64,000 nucleotides of DNA from Candidatus Poribacteria bacterium (lineage in GTDB: Bacteria > Poribacteria > WGA-4E > WGA-3G): the NCBI GenBank assembly GCA_964291315.2, contig OZ219753.1:2848001-2912000 (forward strand), given 5' to 3'. Positions 32,561-42,258 of this stretch are shown here, in pieces. The translations under genes were made by a program, and so were the position numbers. The notes under the pieces were generated by a model. The model had not been told where the DNA came from. It saw only the letters and a list, made by a program, of their open reading frames with translations, and ran no database searches. The first letter of the stretch is position 1; the number at the start of each line of letters is the position of its first letter.

Positions 32561-33535
32561 TTAGCGTAGTCCACTTAGGATTATTTCGCAGAGTTCCATA
32601 GTTTTAACAGCCTCATCCAGGTTGGCAGCTGGGAACGAAACAGGTGTATTGGATTTGATACAATCGAGAAAATACCTGTTCTGTTCAGCGGTACCACTAG
32701 TGCCTGCGTCGGTGAGTTTGTGTTGGTTGCCGTCGCAGAAAATGGTGCCTTGGGAGACCCCCTCAAGATAGGCGGAGATGTCCCTACCGTGGATTTCGTA
32801 TCGTTCGAGGCGGGCATTGGTTGTGTAGTTGGCGGTGTGTTGGGCGACGCAACCGTTGTCAAAGAGGATCAGTGCAGCGTGAACATCCTTGTAATTAGAG
32901 ATTGTCCGTTGGACAACGCTATGGACCTCTTGCACTTCGGCTTCGGCAATGGCGCGGATGGTGTCGAGTGCATGTATCGGGGTTTCCAGAAACATGTTGT
33001 CCATTAGGTGTTCAGGGAATCTGCCGCCTTGTGCCAATTGCGTGATGCTCTTATGAAATTCTCCTACGATCTGTGTGACGGGTCCGCGTTTGGTGACGTG
33101 TCGTTTCGCCTCAACAATAATCGGGTGGAAGCGGCGGTTCCAACCTACCATTCCTTTTGCTCCTGTCCGTTTTGCTGTATCGCGCAAACCGGCCGTTTCT
33201 GCAACGTTCATACCGGGGGGTTTTTCTAAGAGCGTGTGGATCCCTTGTTCAAAGCAAGGAAGTGCTGCTGCCCCGTTGAGATGGGCAGGTGTAGCCACAA
33301 AGATAGCATCTAAGGTCTCACTGTCCAGTAGTGCTTCAATGCTCTCGTAGCGAGCTGAAACGTTGAACATATCCGCGGCGTTGTTTCGTGCTTCTTCAAT
33401 CGGATCACAGACAGCAACAAGGGTTGTATCGTCAAATCCTGCTAGGATTTTCATGTGTCCCTTGCCTCTACTCCCACAACCGATAACAGCAACTTGTAGT
33501 TTTGACATATTTTTTCCTTTCATCGAATGAGGCAT
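32561..33535 (-). CDS. Gfo/Idh/MocA oxidoreductase
   Basis: GCGSRG, 'LEKPP', 'GWNRRFHP'. Confidence 0.88.
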   Translation of the reverse strand: MPHSMKGKNMSKLQVAVIGCGSRGKGHMKILAGFDDTTLVAVCDPIEEARNNAADMFNVSARYESIEALLDSETLDAIFVATPAHLNGAAALPCFEQGIHTLLEKPPGMNVAETAGLRDTAKRTGAKGMVGWNRRFHPIIVEAKRHVTKRGPVTQIVGEFHKSITQLAQGGRFPEHLMDNMFLETPIHALDTIRAIAEAEVQEVHSVVQRTISNYKDVHAALILFDNGCVAQHTANYTTNARLERYEIHGRDISAYLEGVSQGTIFCDGNQHKLTDAGTSGTAEQNRYFLDCIKSNTPVSFPAANLDEAVKTMELCEIILSGLR

Positions 33536-33789
33536 TGAGATATGTGCATTTAGTCTTGTACTCTCCGTCTAGAACCGATGCTGGTGTTATTCAGGGCAGA
33601 TTCTCTAATTTTTTGCATGTTAGCATGGATGCAAAAGTGTGTCAATGGAAAAGTAGTGGTGGCAGGTGCATTTATTTTTTCGATAATTTTGTTGTTTTGC
33701 GCGAGCATTCCATTTTTATAGTAGCCAGTTGCGACTCGAGACTCTTATTGACGGTTGGACACTGACTGCCCATTGGTTAAAAAACATGC

Positions 33790-33818
33790 TTGCTATTTTC
33801 TCCTCTTTCGTGTATAAT
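33790..33818 (+). promoter_or_regulatory. Sigma70-type promoter for the glnD-like gene
   Basis: TTGCTA-N17-TATAAT. Confidence 0.65.
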
Positions 33819-33878
33819 GAGATCTGGGTTTTAATTTTTGATAGGAACTCCGCAACAGAGATAGATTGCTAACAGAAA

Positions 33879-36590
33879 ATGACTACAACAATAGAGAAAC
33901 GGCTCAGCAGTTATACATCAGACTTGGAAGTGTCTCTCGAGGATCTGCAGAAGCAGTTGGTGGCCTTCATTCAAGATGAACGCGAACACCTGAAAACTCG
34001 TATTCTAGAGGGCGAAAGTGGGTTTGAGGCTTGCAAAATTCACACACAGATGTGGGACACGGTTATTCAAAAGGTTTATGAGGTGGCCTCCTTTCAGATT
34101 CTGGATGAATACCGGAAACAGATTGAGGTCCTAAAGATGCTGCCGAACCTTAACGCGAACGACTTAGAGAGCGGATTGGCGGATTGGTGTCCGGATATCG
34201 CCCTCTACGGCGTTGGGAGTTATGGCAGAAATGAGCTCTGCTATTTTTCGGATGTAGACGTTGTCTACACCTCTTCTGTAGATTTAGAAGATATTTACGA
34301 TGAGAGTACCCTTGAACTGATCCGATGGTTCTACGACTTTTTTGACGGGCTTCACTCGGTGATTCCGGGATTCGAATTCAGTTTTATCTATCGACCGCTT
34401 GCGGATATAGCGAAGTGGAACTATCAAGATATGACGGCATTGATTGATATGCGGTTTATTGCGGGTGATCCGGCCTTGACAGAGCAGTTCCGGAAAGCGG
34501 TGAGCTCCGAAAAGTCAGATATTTCTCTTGTGCTGGATCTCTTGAAGTCAAAAGCTGCTTCCTTCAAGGCTGCCGAAGACACAATTTATCTTAATCAACC
34601 CAACTTGAAAACTGGGCGCGGTGGGCTACGAACGCTTCAATATGCGCTCTGGATATGTGGACTTCCAGACTTTACACCTATTCCGGATCTCTATGAACGG
34701 TACGGTGATGAGCAGCTCATCTTGTCTCTTGATTTCATGTTTAAGGTCCGCAATCTCCTGCATGTGCTCGCCAATGGTCCCTATGATGATTTGACGTATC
34801 ACCCCGAAAAAGGGGATACACTACAGGCACAGATCGCTCGGGTTCTTGGATTTGCAGGTGAAAGCGATGAAGAACGTTACGCGTTTATGACAGAATTTTA
34901 TGCCAAGGCGAAGTATCTACATTTCAAAGCTGAACTTCTAATACGCAAGATGTTGGCTAATGGGATTCCTATCTCGGATGTGCTTGCAGTAAGGACTGAT
35001 CTCCTGTATTGCATCGATAATAATTTTGGTGAACTTAATGCAGATGAGCTTTTTATCCTCTTCGCCTACTTCCAGCAGTACGATTTTGAAATTGATGCGT
35101 CTCTTGCTACATTTATCTCTCGTTACGTTCAAGCGTTTGATTGGCGTTCTTTCCAAAATCGGATGGTGGAATTGATAAGTGTACCTGGAGATGTTGAGAA
35201 GACCTTGACTCGTCTACATCGGCTTAATATTTTGTCTCACCTCGGTGAAGGTGGTATTCTTTTTGAAAAAGCGATGCTGACACGAAGCGAGCGGAGCTTG
35301 GATCCGTATACGGTTGGGAAACATACCCTGGTTGCAATTGGGCATCTTGATGAGATCCGTAAAACGGAGCCAAGCCAGCCGTTTGGTGGTGCCCGTTTTA
35401 GTTCCCCGGCATCGGCATCGCCGACTTCTGAGTTGGAGGATCTGAATACGGCGTTTCGTTCGCTTTCGGATCCGACGCCGCTCTACATGGCGCTTTTCCT
35501 GCACGATATAGATAAACCTGATCCGACGCATCCGGTGACGGGGGCCGAAAAAGCGGAACGTATCGCGCCCGAATTTGGGTTCAATTCAAAACAGACGGAT
35601 GAGATATGCTTTCTCATTCGAGAGCATTTGACGATGATAAATTTAGCGCGCTATCATCATTGGGATGAGAGCACTATTTCCGAATTCTGTAAAGAAGTTA
35701 AGTCTCTGGAGCGTTTAACGGGGCTCTATCTGCTCACTTATTGTGATTCTAAGGCGAACGGTTTGCAAAATTTCAGTCATGTCGCTAAACATAACTTGAA
35801 GAGTTTATACGAGGCGGCGCGAACCCGCTTTGTGGGGCAAGAGGAAAAACAGTGGGGTGTCTTTGCCCCCGTTGAGGAATTTCAGCGGTTCCTGCACTAC
35901 ATGCCGGTTTCGTATCGTATTAGTGTTACTCCTGAAGAGATAGCGATGCATATAAAGATGACGGGCCAAATTGAAACTGGTCCTGTAGCGTCAGACGGGA
36001 TGCCGAGTCCCGGGGTCATTCAATTTGTTGATCGTCCTGGATTTACTGAGTTACATCTGTGTAGTTCGAGCGGCATCGGGAAATTACACACAGTGAGTGG
36101 TCTGTTCTTTGCTAACGGCATAGATGTCCGAGATGCGCGCGTCTACACCAAACAGGACACAAACGTTGAGCTTGAAATCTATCGTCTCGTTCATCAGCCG
36201 CCACATCATAGGGGAGAACCGATGCCCCTTGACGAAGAACTCAAACGGGATTTGGATTTTGATATCCGCAGTCTATTGGCAGAAGAAGTGACGCTCAGCG
36301 AGATTTTTGATAGGCATTACGCGAACATAAACGAGACATGGCAGGTTGATGAGGTCAGAGTTGAAACTGCGCGTAGCTACACGGAAATTGTCGTTCTCGG
36401 TAAAGAAAAGATGGGATTTCTGCACTATTTCAGTGGTATCCTTGCGAATCTTGGTTTGAACGTTGAGATGTGTAAGTGCTCGGGCTTAGGCGGGCAGGCG
36501 GTCGATCGGTTCTATGTGCAATCGGTGGCTGATCCGAAGGCGGTGTACGCTGATATTATGGCGGCCTTGGCGGCTAAAAGCGAAAAGTAG
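33879..36590 (+). CDS. glnD: GlnD-like [protein-PII] uridylyltransferase/uridylyl-removing enzyme
   Basis: NTase 'GSYGRNEL...SDVD', 'PNLKTGRGGLR', HD domain 'YTVGKH...LHDIDK', two C-terminal ACT-like domains. Confidence 0.78.
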   Translation: MTTTIEKRLSSYTSDLEVSLEDLQKQLVAFIQDEREHLKTRILEGESGFEACKIHTQMWDTVIQKVYEVASFQILDEYRKQIEVLKMLPNLNANDLESGLADWCPDIALYGVGSYGRNELCYFSDVDVVYTSSVDLEDIYDESTLELIRWFYDFFDGLHSVIPGFEFSFIYRPLADIAKWNYQDMTALIDMRFIAGDPALTEQFRKAVSSEKSDISLVLDLLKSKAASFKAAEDTIYLNQPNLKTGRGGLRTLQYALWICGLPDFTPIPDLYERYGDEQLILSLDFMFKVRNLLHVLANGPYDDLTYHPEKGDTLQAQIARVLGFAGESDEERYAFMTEFYAKAKYLHFKAELLIRKMLANGIPISDVLAVRTDLLYCIDNNFGELNADELFILFAYFQQYDFEIDASLATFISRYVQAFDWRSFQNRMVELISVPGDVEKTLTRLHRLNILSHLGEGGILFEKAMLTRSERSLDPYTVGKHTLVAIGHLDEIRKTEPSQPFGGARFSSPASASPTSELEDLNTAFRSLSDPTPLYMALFLHDIDKPDPTHPVTGAEKAERIAPEFGFNSKQTDEICFLIREHLTMINLARYHHWDESTISEFCKEVKSLERLTGLYLLTYCDSKANGLQNFSHVAKHNLKSLYEAARTRFVGQEEKQWGVFAPVEEFQRFLHYMPVSYRISVTPEEIAMHIKMTGQIETGPVASDGMPSPGVIQFVDRPGFTELHLCSSSGIGKLHTVSGLFFANGIDVRDARVYTKQDTNVELEIYRLVHQPPHHRGEPMPLDEELKRDLDFDIRSLLAEEVTLSEIFDRHYANINETWQVDEVRVETARSYTEIVVLGKEKMGFLHYFSGILANLGLNVEMCKCSGLGGQAVDRFYVQSVADPKAVYADIMAALAAKSEK

Positions 36591-36611
36591 TTTTGAGTAG
36601 AGGGGAGAGAT

Positions 36612-37370
36612 ATGAAGCAGCGTGTACTCATCACGGGTGCTGCTGGCACAGTCGGCAGTGTGCTCTGGCGGGCATGGGAACGCCAAGGGGATTATACGTT
36701 AACACTCACGGATATTACCCCTATTTCTGGGGCCAATTCGCGCGTGGCAATAGCAGATATTCGAGACTATGCCGGAATGAAACAGTTGTGCCGTGATCAA
36801 GATGTGTTGGTGCATCTCGCTTACCTCCGTCAAGACTCGCTCGGGAAACATCCGGGTGATGTCAGCGACATCGGTGCGTCTATGACGTTGTTTGAGGCGG
36901 CGCGTGAGCAAGGTGTCCAAAAAATTGTATATGCTAGCACAAATCACGTTTCGGGATGGAACGAACGTTTAAATTCGCCGCCTCGGTTCTCTACCGGTGA
37001 TCAGTTTCGTCCGGATAGTTGGTATGGGGCGATGAAGGGGATGGCTGAGATTGCTGGACGCTATCTTGTTGATGCGCACGCCATGCGGTTCATCAGCATC
37101 CGCATTGGGACTTTTAACGGCACCTATGAACCGAGCGGAATCCGCCACTGTAGCACACTCCTAACCCCGCGAGATTGTGTACAACTCTTCAAGCTAGCTG
37201 TAGATTACGATGGCCCCCTTAAATACTTGATCACTTATGGGCGTTCTGCAAATTCCGACGGTTATCAGCAGAGCTATCTTGATATAAGCTGCGCGGTTGA
37301 GGTGTTGGGGTATCAACCCCAGGATAATTTGGTTAAAACACATCTTCACAAATTTCTTGCGGAATCTTAA
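36612..37370 (+). CDS. NAD-dependent epimerase/dehydratase (uronate dehydrogenase-like)
   Basis: TGAAGTVG, 'ASTNH', YGAMK, 'IRIG'. Confidence 0.85.
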   Translation: MKQRVLITGAAGTVGSVLWRAWERQGDYTLTLTDITPISGANSRVAIADIRDYAGMKQLCRDQDVLVHLAYLRQDSLGKHPGDVSDIGASMTLFEAAREQGVQKIVYASTNHVSGWNERLNSPPRFSTGDQFRPDSWYGAMKGMAEIAGRYLVDAHAMRFISIRIGTFNGTYEPSGIRHCSTLLTPRDCVQLFKLAVDYDGPLKYLITYGRSANSDGYQQSYLDISCAVEVLGYQPQDNLVKTHLHKFLAES

Positions 37371-37392
37371 GGGTTTATCCGTTAGGTGATCT

Positions 37393-38097
37393 ATGCGTGA
37401 AAATCCGGACTACAACGACGTCTATTATCAGAACACAACTTCTCGTTCCGAGATAATTGACATTGTGACTCAACGGGTTGTTCCACTCAGTGACGCAGCT
37501 GCGCCTATTGAGTGGGAGGTGCTTTTCGAGAATCCACATCCGGTGGAAATAGAGATCGGATTCGGTAAGGGACGTTTTCTGCTTGAGGCTTCGAAACGGC
37601 ATCCGGGGGTTAACTATGTCGGGGTCGAGCGTGCGCAGAAGTACGTAGAATTGACACGGAAACGGTTTGAAAGGCACATGCAGCATTTCGGTATTGATAG
37701 AGGGTCGGGAACGTTCTCAAACGTAAGGCTTGCTTGGACAGATGCGAGCTACTTTGTGACGCGATATGTGCCGGCGGCATCTGTACAGACGTATCATATC
37801 TATTTTCCGGATCCGTGGCCCAAAAAACGGCAGCGCAAGCGGCGAATCTTTCGGAATTGGGATTTTCTGTCTGCTTTAACAGCAACCCTCAAGCCCGATG
37901 ACGGTAGACTCTACATTGCGACAGATTATGAAGCGTATTTCTGCGAGATCCAAGAGCGGCTTTCACAGGTGAATGCCTTGTGCTATGTTGGCGAAAATAT
38001 GGGACCAGATGCGGATATCGTGACGAATTTTGAGATGAAGTACACTTTGGAAGGTAGAAAGATTTATCGGGCGGTATACAAGCCCACTTTAGTTTAG
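37393..38097 (+). CDS. trmB: tRNA (guanine-N7)-methyltransferase
   Basis: 'EIGFGKG', 'FPDPWPKKR', 'ATD', 'TNFEMK'. Confidence 0.93.
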   Translation: MRENPDYNDVYYQNTTSRSEIIDIVTQRVVPLSDAAAPIEWEVLFENPHPVEIEIGFGKGRFLLEASKRHPGVNYVGVERAQKYVELTRKRFERHMQHFGIDRGSGTFSNVRLAWTDASYFVTRYVPAASVQTYHIYFPDPWPKKRQRKRRIFRNWDFLSALTATLKPDDGRLYIATDYEAYFCEIQERLSQVNALCYVGENMGPDADIVTNFEMKYTLEGRKIYRAVYKPTLV

Positions 38098-38225
38098 TAC
38101 CGAGTGCGAGCTAGAAGGAATTATGGAAACTACTGCGGCACACGTCCTCTTTATGGGTGAGGTATTTGCCAAAAGTGAATGCTGTGGTCTGAATATGCTG
38201 TGGAGCATTTCAGCGGAGAAAAAAG

Positions 38226-40064
38226 ATGAAATCAGAACAATTCGGTAATATGTCTCGTGAATTGTGGCAATCTCTGCCGAATGTGCCGGGGGTTTATCTG
38301 ATGAAAGCCTCGGATGGTACGGTTCTCTATGTTGGGAAAGCCGTCCGTTTGCGTGCTCGTGTCCGTTCGTATTTTCGAGAGAAATCCGTGCATCCGTTAA
38401 CCTTGCAGATGATGCGGTATGTCACAGAGATCGATTACACTGTCACGGAGACTGAAGTTGAGGCTCTCATTTTAGAGAATAATCTCATTAAGGCGCATCA
38501 GCCTCGTTACAACGTAAAACTCAAGGATGATAAGCGCTACCCCTATTTGCAGGTAACCGTCAATGAACCGTTTCCACGTATCCGGATTACTCGCAGAGCT
38601 GAAAACGACGGGACCCGGTATTTTGGTCCATTCGTTCATGTGCGCGCGATCCGGCAGACCCTCAAACAGTTGACTAAGCTATTTCCTATTCGTACCTGCG
38701 CGCTGCCCCTCAAGGACATCGGTAATAGGTATCGGGTCTGCTTAGACTACCACATTGGACGTTGTCCTGGTCCGTGTGCCGATAAAATACCTGTCTCAGA
38801 TTACGGGCAGATAGTTCGGAAGGTGTGTCAGTTTTTAAGTGGAAATACAGATGGTGTTGTTAAGGAGTTGACCGCGCAAATGGAGGCTGCTGCTGCGGCT
38901 CTGAACTTTGAAACAGCGGCGAAATATCGGGATACACTTAAAGCCATTCAACAGGCGATTACGACACAGAGTTTGGATACTGTTTCCGGGGCGGATGAGG
39001 ATATTATCGGCATTGCTGCTCGCGCTGACATTGCATGTGTGCAGCTCCTACGGGTGCGAGATGGCAAACTTCTTGAACGTGAGCACTACTATCTCAACGA
39101 TGCGGATCCAGGGGCTCTAGCGGCGGCGTTAAATGCGTTTGTACCGCAATATTATCAGGACGCTGTTTTCGTTCCCAAAGCTGTTGTTTTACCGATGCCT
39201 ATTGAAGGAGCAGAACTGATTGAAGATTGGCTTAGCGAAAAGCGGGGGAACCGTGTTGGGCTGCATGTGCCACGGGCGGGTCGGCTGAGAAAATTACAGG
39301 TTTTGGCCTCAAAAAATGCGGAGGTTCTTCTGACTCAACGGGAGCAGAACGTGGTTTATAGCGGTGGGATTGATCCTGCCCTCGTTGAACTTCGGGAGCT
39401 GATGGGGTTGGATCGGCCCGTTAGACGAATTGAGGCGTTTGATATTTCAAATCTTGGCGATAGGTTCGCTGTGGGTTCGATGGTGGTTCTGGAAGATGGA
39501 AAACCGGCGTCATCGGAGTATCGCCGATTTAAGATCCGGACGGTTGCAGGCCAGAACGATTTCGCGATGATGCAAGAGGTTATCACCCGGCGCTTCCGGC
39601 GTGCGGTTGCCAATGATGAAAAGTTTAACAAACTGCCGGACTTAATCTTAATCGACGGTGGGAAGGGGCAGCTGAGTGCGGCGCAGAAAGCGATGCAGAC
39701 TTTCGCTACTGCTCGTCTGCCTGATATTCCGATGATTGCCCTTGCGAAGCGGGTCGAAGAGATTTTTGTTCCTGATAAGCCGGTGTCGATTGTGTTGCGG
39801 AAAGATAACCCAACTCTACACCTGATTCAGCGGTTACGAGATGAGGCGCACCGATTTGCGGTTACCTATCACCGGCGACTCCGACAGAAGTCGCTGAGTG
39901 CATCCGTGCTTGACGAGATTCCGAATCTCGGTCCGAAGCGGAAGCAGGCGCTGCTCAAGCGTTTTGGTTCGATAGAGGCGATTCGGGAGGCAAGCTTGGA
40001 CAGCTTGCTCTCTGTGAAAGGCATACCTCGCGGCGTTGCGGAGAATATCCGAAAGCATCTGTGA
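38226..40064 (+). CDS. uvrC: Excinuclease ABC subunit C
   Basis: GIY-YIG 'PGVYLM...LYVGKA', 'LKDDKRYPY', 'EAFDISN', 'IDGGKGQL', 'RDEAHRFA', HhH. Confidence 0.97.
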   Translation: MKSEQFGNMSRELWQSLPNVPGVYLMKASDGTVLYVGKAVRLRARVRSYFREKSVHPLTLQMMRYVTEIDYTVTETEVEALILENNLIKAHQPRYNVKLKDDKRYPYLQVTVNEPFPRIRITRRAENDGTRYFGPFVHVRAIRQTLKQLTKLFPIRTCALPLKDIGNRYRVCLDYHIGRCPGPCADKIPVSDYGQIVRKVCQFLSGNTDGVVKELTAQMEAAAAALNFETAAKYRDTLKAIQQAITTQSLDTVSGADEDIIGIAARADIACVQLLRVRDGKLLEREHYYLNDADPGALAAALNAFVPQYYQDAVFVPKAVVLPMPIEGAELIEDWLSEKRGNRVGLHVPRAGRLRKLQVLASKNAEVLLTQREQNVVYSGGIDPALVELRELMGLDRPVRRIEAFDISNLGDRFAVGSMVVLEDGKPASSEYRRFKIRTVAGQNDFAMMQEVITRRFRRAVANDEKFNKLPDLILIDGGKGQLSAAQKAMQTFATARLPDIPMIALAKRVEEIFVPDKPVSIVLRKDNPTLHLIQRLRDEAHRFAVTYHRRLRQKSLSASVLDEIPNLGPKRKQALLKRFGSIEAIREASLDSLLSVKGIPRGVAENIRKHL

Positions 40065-40187
40065 ACAGTCTTGAAGTTTTCTCCCGGGCTGCACGAATTT
40101 GCACAATTTATTTTACCGGCTGCCCCAGTTTGTGCATGAACAACGCTGATATCGGCAAATTATTGCACTTGTCTAGCCTTTCTAGAT

Positions 40188-40202
40188 TGGCACGCTATTT
40201 GC
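40188..40202 (+). promoter_or_regulatory. Sigma54 (RpoN) -24/-12 promoter
   Basis: TGGCACG-ctat-TTGC is an exact fit to TGGCACG-N4-TTGC. (T/G)GCA-N6-TGCA sites lie upstream at 40090-40103 and 40154-40167. Confidence 0.8.
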
Positions 40203-40213
40203 TATGTTGTGAA

Positions 40214-40297
40214 TGTCAAAGCTGGCGCGGCTGCGAAACCCTCAAAGGGGGATCAGTCTTAATTTTAGGTATTTTAAGTACTAACGCGAGCTTGATA
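40214..40297 (+). ncRNA. Putative structured small RNA or leader of unknown family
   Basis: Begins at the expected sigma54 +1. The 5' arm tgtcaaagctggcgcg can pair with the 3' arm cgcgagcttgata and encloses two hairpins (folded by eye). Confidence 0.45.
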
Positions 40298-40370
40298 ATT
40301 ATGTTGAGTCGGTTGAGGTATGCAGTTACGAAGACAGAAACGCTCTTTTTGAAAAGGAGATTTTACAAAC

Positions 40371-41402
40371 ATGAGAACCATGAAGCGAAGATATCTCTAT
40401 ACTATAGGCACCCTCGCTGTCGTCGTTACCCTCGGTCTCATCGGCTGGCGCCTGCTGCAACCCACGGCGCCGCAACCGCGTGTCGTATACAAACCTGCCC
40501 ACACCGAAACGGGCGCGATCCCGACATCGCAACGGACAGACGACCCGGCGACGGCGGCGGCCCCCACAGAAACGCAGACCCCCACGGACAGACAGCAAGC
40601 CGATCGCGATCAAGCCATCGAGAGAGCCATGAAGACCCCCGCGTATCGCGAATATGAGAGAAAGCAACGCGAAAAGATCCCCGGATTTAATATGAGTTTA
40701 TGGTGGGACTTTCTTGAATCGCAAGGCATCCCCCACTCGGGGCGTCTGCTCCAGGAAACCTACTTCCGTGAAGAATTCCCGACCGGTGAATACGAGGATT
40801 ATGAGCCGATGATGCGCAAACGACTCGCGGCACTCTTCGTGGCAGCTGATCTCCCGAAAGAACCTTCGCACATCTCCGCGGTGCGCCTCGATACCATCCA
40901 AGTCGTCAGCCAATTCCGAAATGAATCTTGGGCAAATACGATCTGGATGCGTGGATATTTCAATGGATACGATGGCGATATGGCCTGGGCGAACGAGATC
41001 CGGAATAATGCCGCCAGCATCCTCGCCGCGCCCGCCGACACCGCAAGCGACACGGAGACACTGGCAACGCACGCCACGTCTACGACCCGTCCGACGGGAT
41101 CAGCCGAAACACCCGTGGAAACGCAACCGACGCGCGACGATGCCCAAACCGCTTTTGAAACGTTAGATCTGGCACTTCCAGCGTTGGAACAGCAACTCAC
41201 CGAACACGGGGTGCCAGAAATATCCAATGTCCTCAACGCGTCGGCGTTGAAAACTGAGATGAGTCAACGTTTTTCACCCGATCGTTTCAACACAGCATTG
41301 CAGACCTTGAACCGATATGGACCCGAAGCCGGACTCCGCAGGCTCAAGGCATCCGACCCCGAGGTGGCTACATACCTCGAAACGCACCTCAAACAACAAT
41401 AG
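40371..41402 (+). CDS. Hypothetical membrane-anchored or secreted protein
   Basis: AAGGAG RBS, N-terminal TM, T/P/A-rich linkers, C-terminal 'YGPEAGLRRLKASDPEV'. Confidence 0.75.
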   Translation: MRTMKRRYLYTIGTLAVVVTLGLIGWRLLQPTAPQPRVVYKPAHTETGAIPTSQRTDDPATAAAPTETQTPTDRQQADRDQAIERAMKTPAYREYERKQREKIPGFNMSLWWDFLESQGIPHSGRLLQETYFREEFPTGEYEDYEPMMRKRLAALFVAADLPKEPSHISAVRLDTIQVVSQFRNESWANTIWMRGYFNGYDGDMAWANEIRNNAASILAAPADTASDTETLATHATSTTRPTGSAETPVETQPTRDDAQTAFETLDLALPALEQQLTEHGVPEISNVLNASALKTEMSQRFSPDRFNTALQTLNRYGPEAGLRRLKASDPEVATYLETHLKQQ

Positions 41403-41415
41403 GAGACCCCAGAAA

Positions 41416-42258
41416 ATGTCAGATAAACACCGCTCCTACACCGCTTATCTCAATGCTGCCCTCTGTCTACTCATTTGGATCCCCGGGTTCGCCGTGGCAA
41501 GCGATCTCAAGATATACACGCACGAGAAGAGAGACCCCACGCCGCTTGAGAAAACCTACTTCGAAACACTGAAAAAGCAGTTCCCCGGCGAGGTGCTCGA
41601 TGCGAACTTAGAAACGCTACACCTGCTTTCCGATAGTGAGGAATATGTTCAATTTCTCACAGAAAAGTACCCCGAACATGCACCCTTTACAACCTTCCAA
41701 GGGTTCTTTTACACCGTGCTGCCCCCGAAAACACGCTACTTCCCCTTCTTCAAGCAACAATTCGGGGTCGAAAAAATCGAAGAGATAGACACCGATGAAC
41801 TGTTCCTCGCACATGCCTATGCGTCAAGCAGCTGGGTCACTCGGGGCTATAACCGGGGCGGGGATAAATTTCCCGTTCCCACCCGTTTCGGTATCCAACT
41901 CCTGATCACGACACCCCAGGGCAGAGAAATGCTGGAACGGCGCCTCGGTATTGAGCGACATCGGAAAACCGACATAGACGACATGGGCCGCATCCTTCGC
42001 ACTTTCGAAACGCTGCTCCAATTAGGTGGGAGACAACTCGAAGAGGATGTCCGCTGGATAAAAACCCTTTTTGAAGAGCATGGTCCCTCTGAAGGGATGC
42101 TCTGGTTAGCCGTTCAAGACCCGCGGCTCCTCGAGCTTATCCTCTACACCTTTTCAACCGATAAAACGTTTCTAAAATCTGTTTTTGACCCGCTTGAGAT
42201 GTACCTTGACAGACCACGATCCAAACGCCGCTCCCCAGAAAAGCCGAACGCAAACTGA
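41416..42258 (+). CDS. Hypothetical secreted protein
   Basis: AGGAG RBS overlaps the upstream stop, signal-peptide-like N-terminus, C-terminal 'HGPSEGMLWLAVQDPRL'. Confidence 0.75.
   Translation: MSDKHRSYTAYLNAALCLLIWIPGFAVASDLKIYTHEKRDPTPLEKTYFETLKKQFPGEVLDANLETLHLLSDSEEYVQFLTEKYPEHAPFTTFQGFFYTVLPPKTRYFPFFKQQFGVEKIEEIDTDELFLAHAYASSSWVTRGYNRGGDKFPVPTRFGIQLLITTPQGREMLERRLGIERHRKTDIDDMGRILRTFETLLQLGGRQLEEDVRWIKTLFEEHGPSEGMLWLAVQDPRLLELILYTFSTDKTFLKSVFDPLEMYLDRPRSKRRSPEKPNAN

Noticed and set aside
38123-38248. 41-codon ORF (METTAAHV...) between trmB and uvrC
   Set aside because: It has a weak RBS but no recognisable similarity and overlaps the uvrC start, so it cannot be supported.
40214-40297. 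Known RNA classes (tRNA-Sec, hammerhead, c-di-GMP or c-di-AMP riboswitch, SRP)
   Set aside because: It lacks a T-loop, the CUGAUGA core and the conserved aptamer or SRP motifs, as judged by eye.
40282-40309. dif/Xer site or integron attC at the cassette border
   Set aside because: ttatgttgagt resembles a XerD arm, but no XerC-like arm lies at 6-8 bp spacing. No convincing RYYYAAC...GTTRRRY pair is present.
40061-40657. 198-aa ORF spanning the sigma54 promoter, and minus-strand ORF 42137-42433
   Set aside because: They cross the cassette junctions and overlap better-supported genes out of frame, with no recognisable motifs.
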